From assembly GCA_965223845.1 (NCBI GenBank), contig CBDCXR010000004.1, positions 5,728,001 through 5,792,000 of the forward strand: a stretch of 64,000 bases of DNA, written 5' to 3'. This document shows positions 62,815 to 64,000 of this stretch, piece by piece. The translations under genes were made by a program, and so were the position numbers. This DNA is from Planctomycetota bacterium. Lineage in GTDB: Bacteria > Planctomycetota > UBA8108 > SXIK01. Each line of letters opens with the position of its first letter. Position 1 is the first letter of the stretch. The notes beneath the pieces are model-generated. The model saw nothing but the letters and a program-made list of their open reading frames with translations, was not told where the DNA came from and did not search any database.

Positions 62815-63510
62815 GAAAAACTTGTAAACCGTTTTAATATCTAAGGATAGAGAAACCCAACCGGGCGTCTGAACGCACGAGTTTCAGAGACAAAAAGGAT
62901 TATAGTTGAGCGGCACTAAAAATCAACCAAAATGACCCAATGTAAGACATTGTAGTTAAATGACTTATGACGGTTTTCTCCCGGTGGCGCGCGGTCCACG
63001 AACAGAGACGTAACTACTTTCAAATTAGAAGGTTACGTCGATCGCTATCGGCGGTCGTTCGGAAACCGCTTTGAACGAGCGGTTTGAAAGCGGCTGGCGG
63101 GCGGACCGCTCCTGCCCTGTCGGCGAGCGGAAAGGACGCGTCATCCCAGCTCGATCGGCGATGATCCGGGCGGCAACACCACTGGAGTTCGGGTCGATCG
63201 CTCTTCTTCTGATGAGTTCTTATCCAATTGCATCGAGATCATCATCAGGGCGGAAGATCCTGTTGAATTCTCGATCGCTTCACGAGTCAACGCGAACGCC
63301 TATAAGGCATTAGGAGAAGATCACCACCGTGGAAAACCGGTCGAGAAAGCGGCCCGTCGAGGGCCGGAAGAAGACGAATTGGCCGATCGATGGTCGACCG
63401 AGACCGACTTCGGTATTCCGCGAGCCGAGCGCGCACCGGCCCCGAGCCGACGACGCGTCGTTCCTTCGACCGGAATTCAACAGCCCGCTGGCAGAGATCC
63501 CTCAGCCGAG
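62815..63510. other. Putative chromosomal replication origin (oriC) region
   Basis: Between dnaA and dnaN; the most AT-rich tract of the window (about 62815-63040); degenerate DnaA boxes TTATCCAAT (63220-63228) and TTTTCCACG (minus strand, 63328-63336) next to trio-like CAT TAG GAG AAG. Confidence 0.65.
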
Positions 63511-64000
63511 TCAGCGCCCGCAGCGGCATCGGCGGAGGACTTCTTGCCGAAGGGCTTCGAGCGTCACGGACTCACTCGCGGTGGATCGCCGACGCCGCTC
63601 GGCGCGCCGGACGGAGTAGACGACCGTCGAGTGATCCCGGCCGCCGAAGTGAAGCCCGATCTGCGAGAGGGAGAGATCGGTGAGTTCCCGAGCGAGCCAC
63701 ATGCCTACCTGGCGTGCGCGCACGAGGCGCCGCGTCTTGGTGCGCGCAAGGAGCTCGCGCGACTTGAGACCGTAGTGTTCCTGCGTGATCTCGAGAATGC
63801 TCGCCATCGTGAGCGAGTCGTTGTTCGTCTTCGCGGCGCTAAGGCGATCACCGAGGAGTTCACGAGCCGTCTCGAGGCAAAGATCTTCGCCGGCGTGAGC
63901 GATGAGCTCTCGGATCACTCCGCCGAGCTCGTGGAAGCCGCCCGGAAGCTCGCTCGCGACGAGCTCGACGACCTCGGGCGGAAATTCGACCGCGAGTGAG
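63511..64000 (-). CDS. dnaA: Chromosomal replication initiator DnaA (C-terminal part; runs off the window)
   Basis: Domain IV RARQVGMWLARELTDLSLSQIGLHFGGRDHSTVVYSVRR; the frame stays open to the window edge with domain IIIb FPPEVVELVASELPGGFHELGGVI. Confidence 0.9.
   Translation of the reverse strand, partial: SLAVEFPPEVVELVASELPGGFHELGGVIRELIAHAGEDLCLETARELLGDRLSAAKTNNDSLTMASILEITQEHYGLKSRELLARTKTRRLVRARQVGMWLARELTDLSLSQIGLHFGGRDHSTVVYSVRRAERRRRSTASESVTLEALRQEVLRRCRCGR

Overview
A 64-kb, GC-rich bacterial chromosome segment. It is most likely Planctomycetota or a related PVC lineage; this is inferred from the NPCBM-domain protein, ASPIC/UnbV FG-GAP protein, kinase-HEAT fusion and GyrA sequence, not proven. 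The right end is the replication-origin cluster: partial dnaA, an AT-rich oriC-like interval, dnaN, DUF721/DciA, gyrB and gyrA (no recF), followed by an XPB helicase plus partner gene. The left end is a cell-surface glycan region: rmlB-[PHP/STAS]-rmlA-rmlC, with a divergent sulfatase-like/glycosyltransferase fusion and a sulfotransferase. The middle holds a TetR-controlled MMPL/RND + outer-membrane barrel + LolA-like operon with two matching operators, lon, a CapA-family lipoprotein, a LolC/E permease, an archaeal-type non-discriminating AspRS, a pilin-like gene, a ~1760-aa Ca-binding surface protein divergent from a membrane pseudokinase, lspA, an MCP and a TolB-like protein. No rRNA, tRNA, CRISPR array or transposase was recognised. 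Best leads: the operator-defined lipid/lipoprotein transport operon, a DnaA with His at the sensor-2 Arg position, 25-bp palindromes in oriC, the PHP-STAS gene in the rmlD slot, the sulfation module, and dispersed intergenic repeats. All calls come from motif recognition by eye; no searches were run, and many start codons are best guesses.
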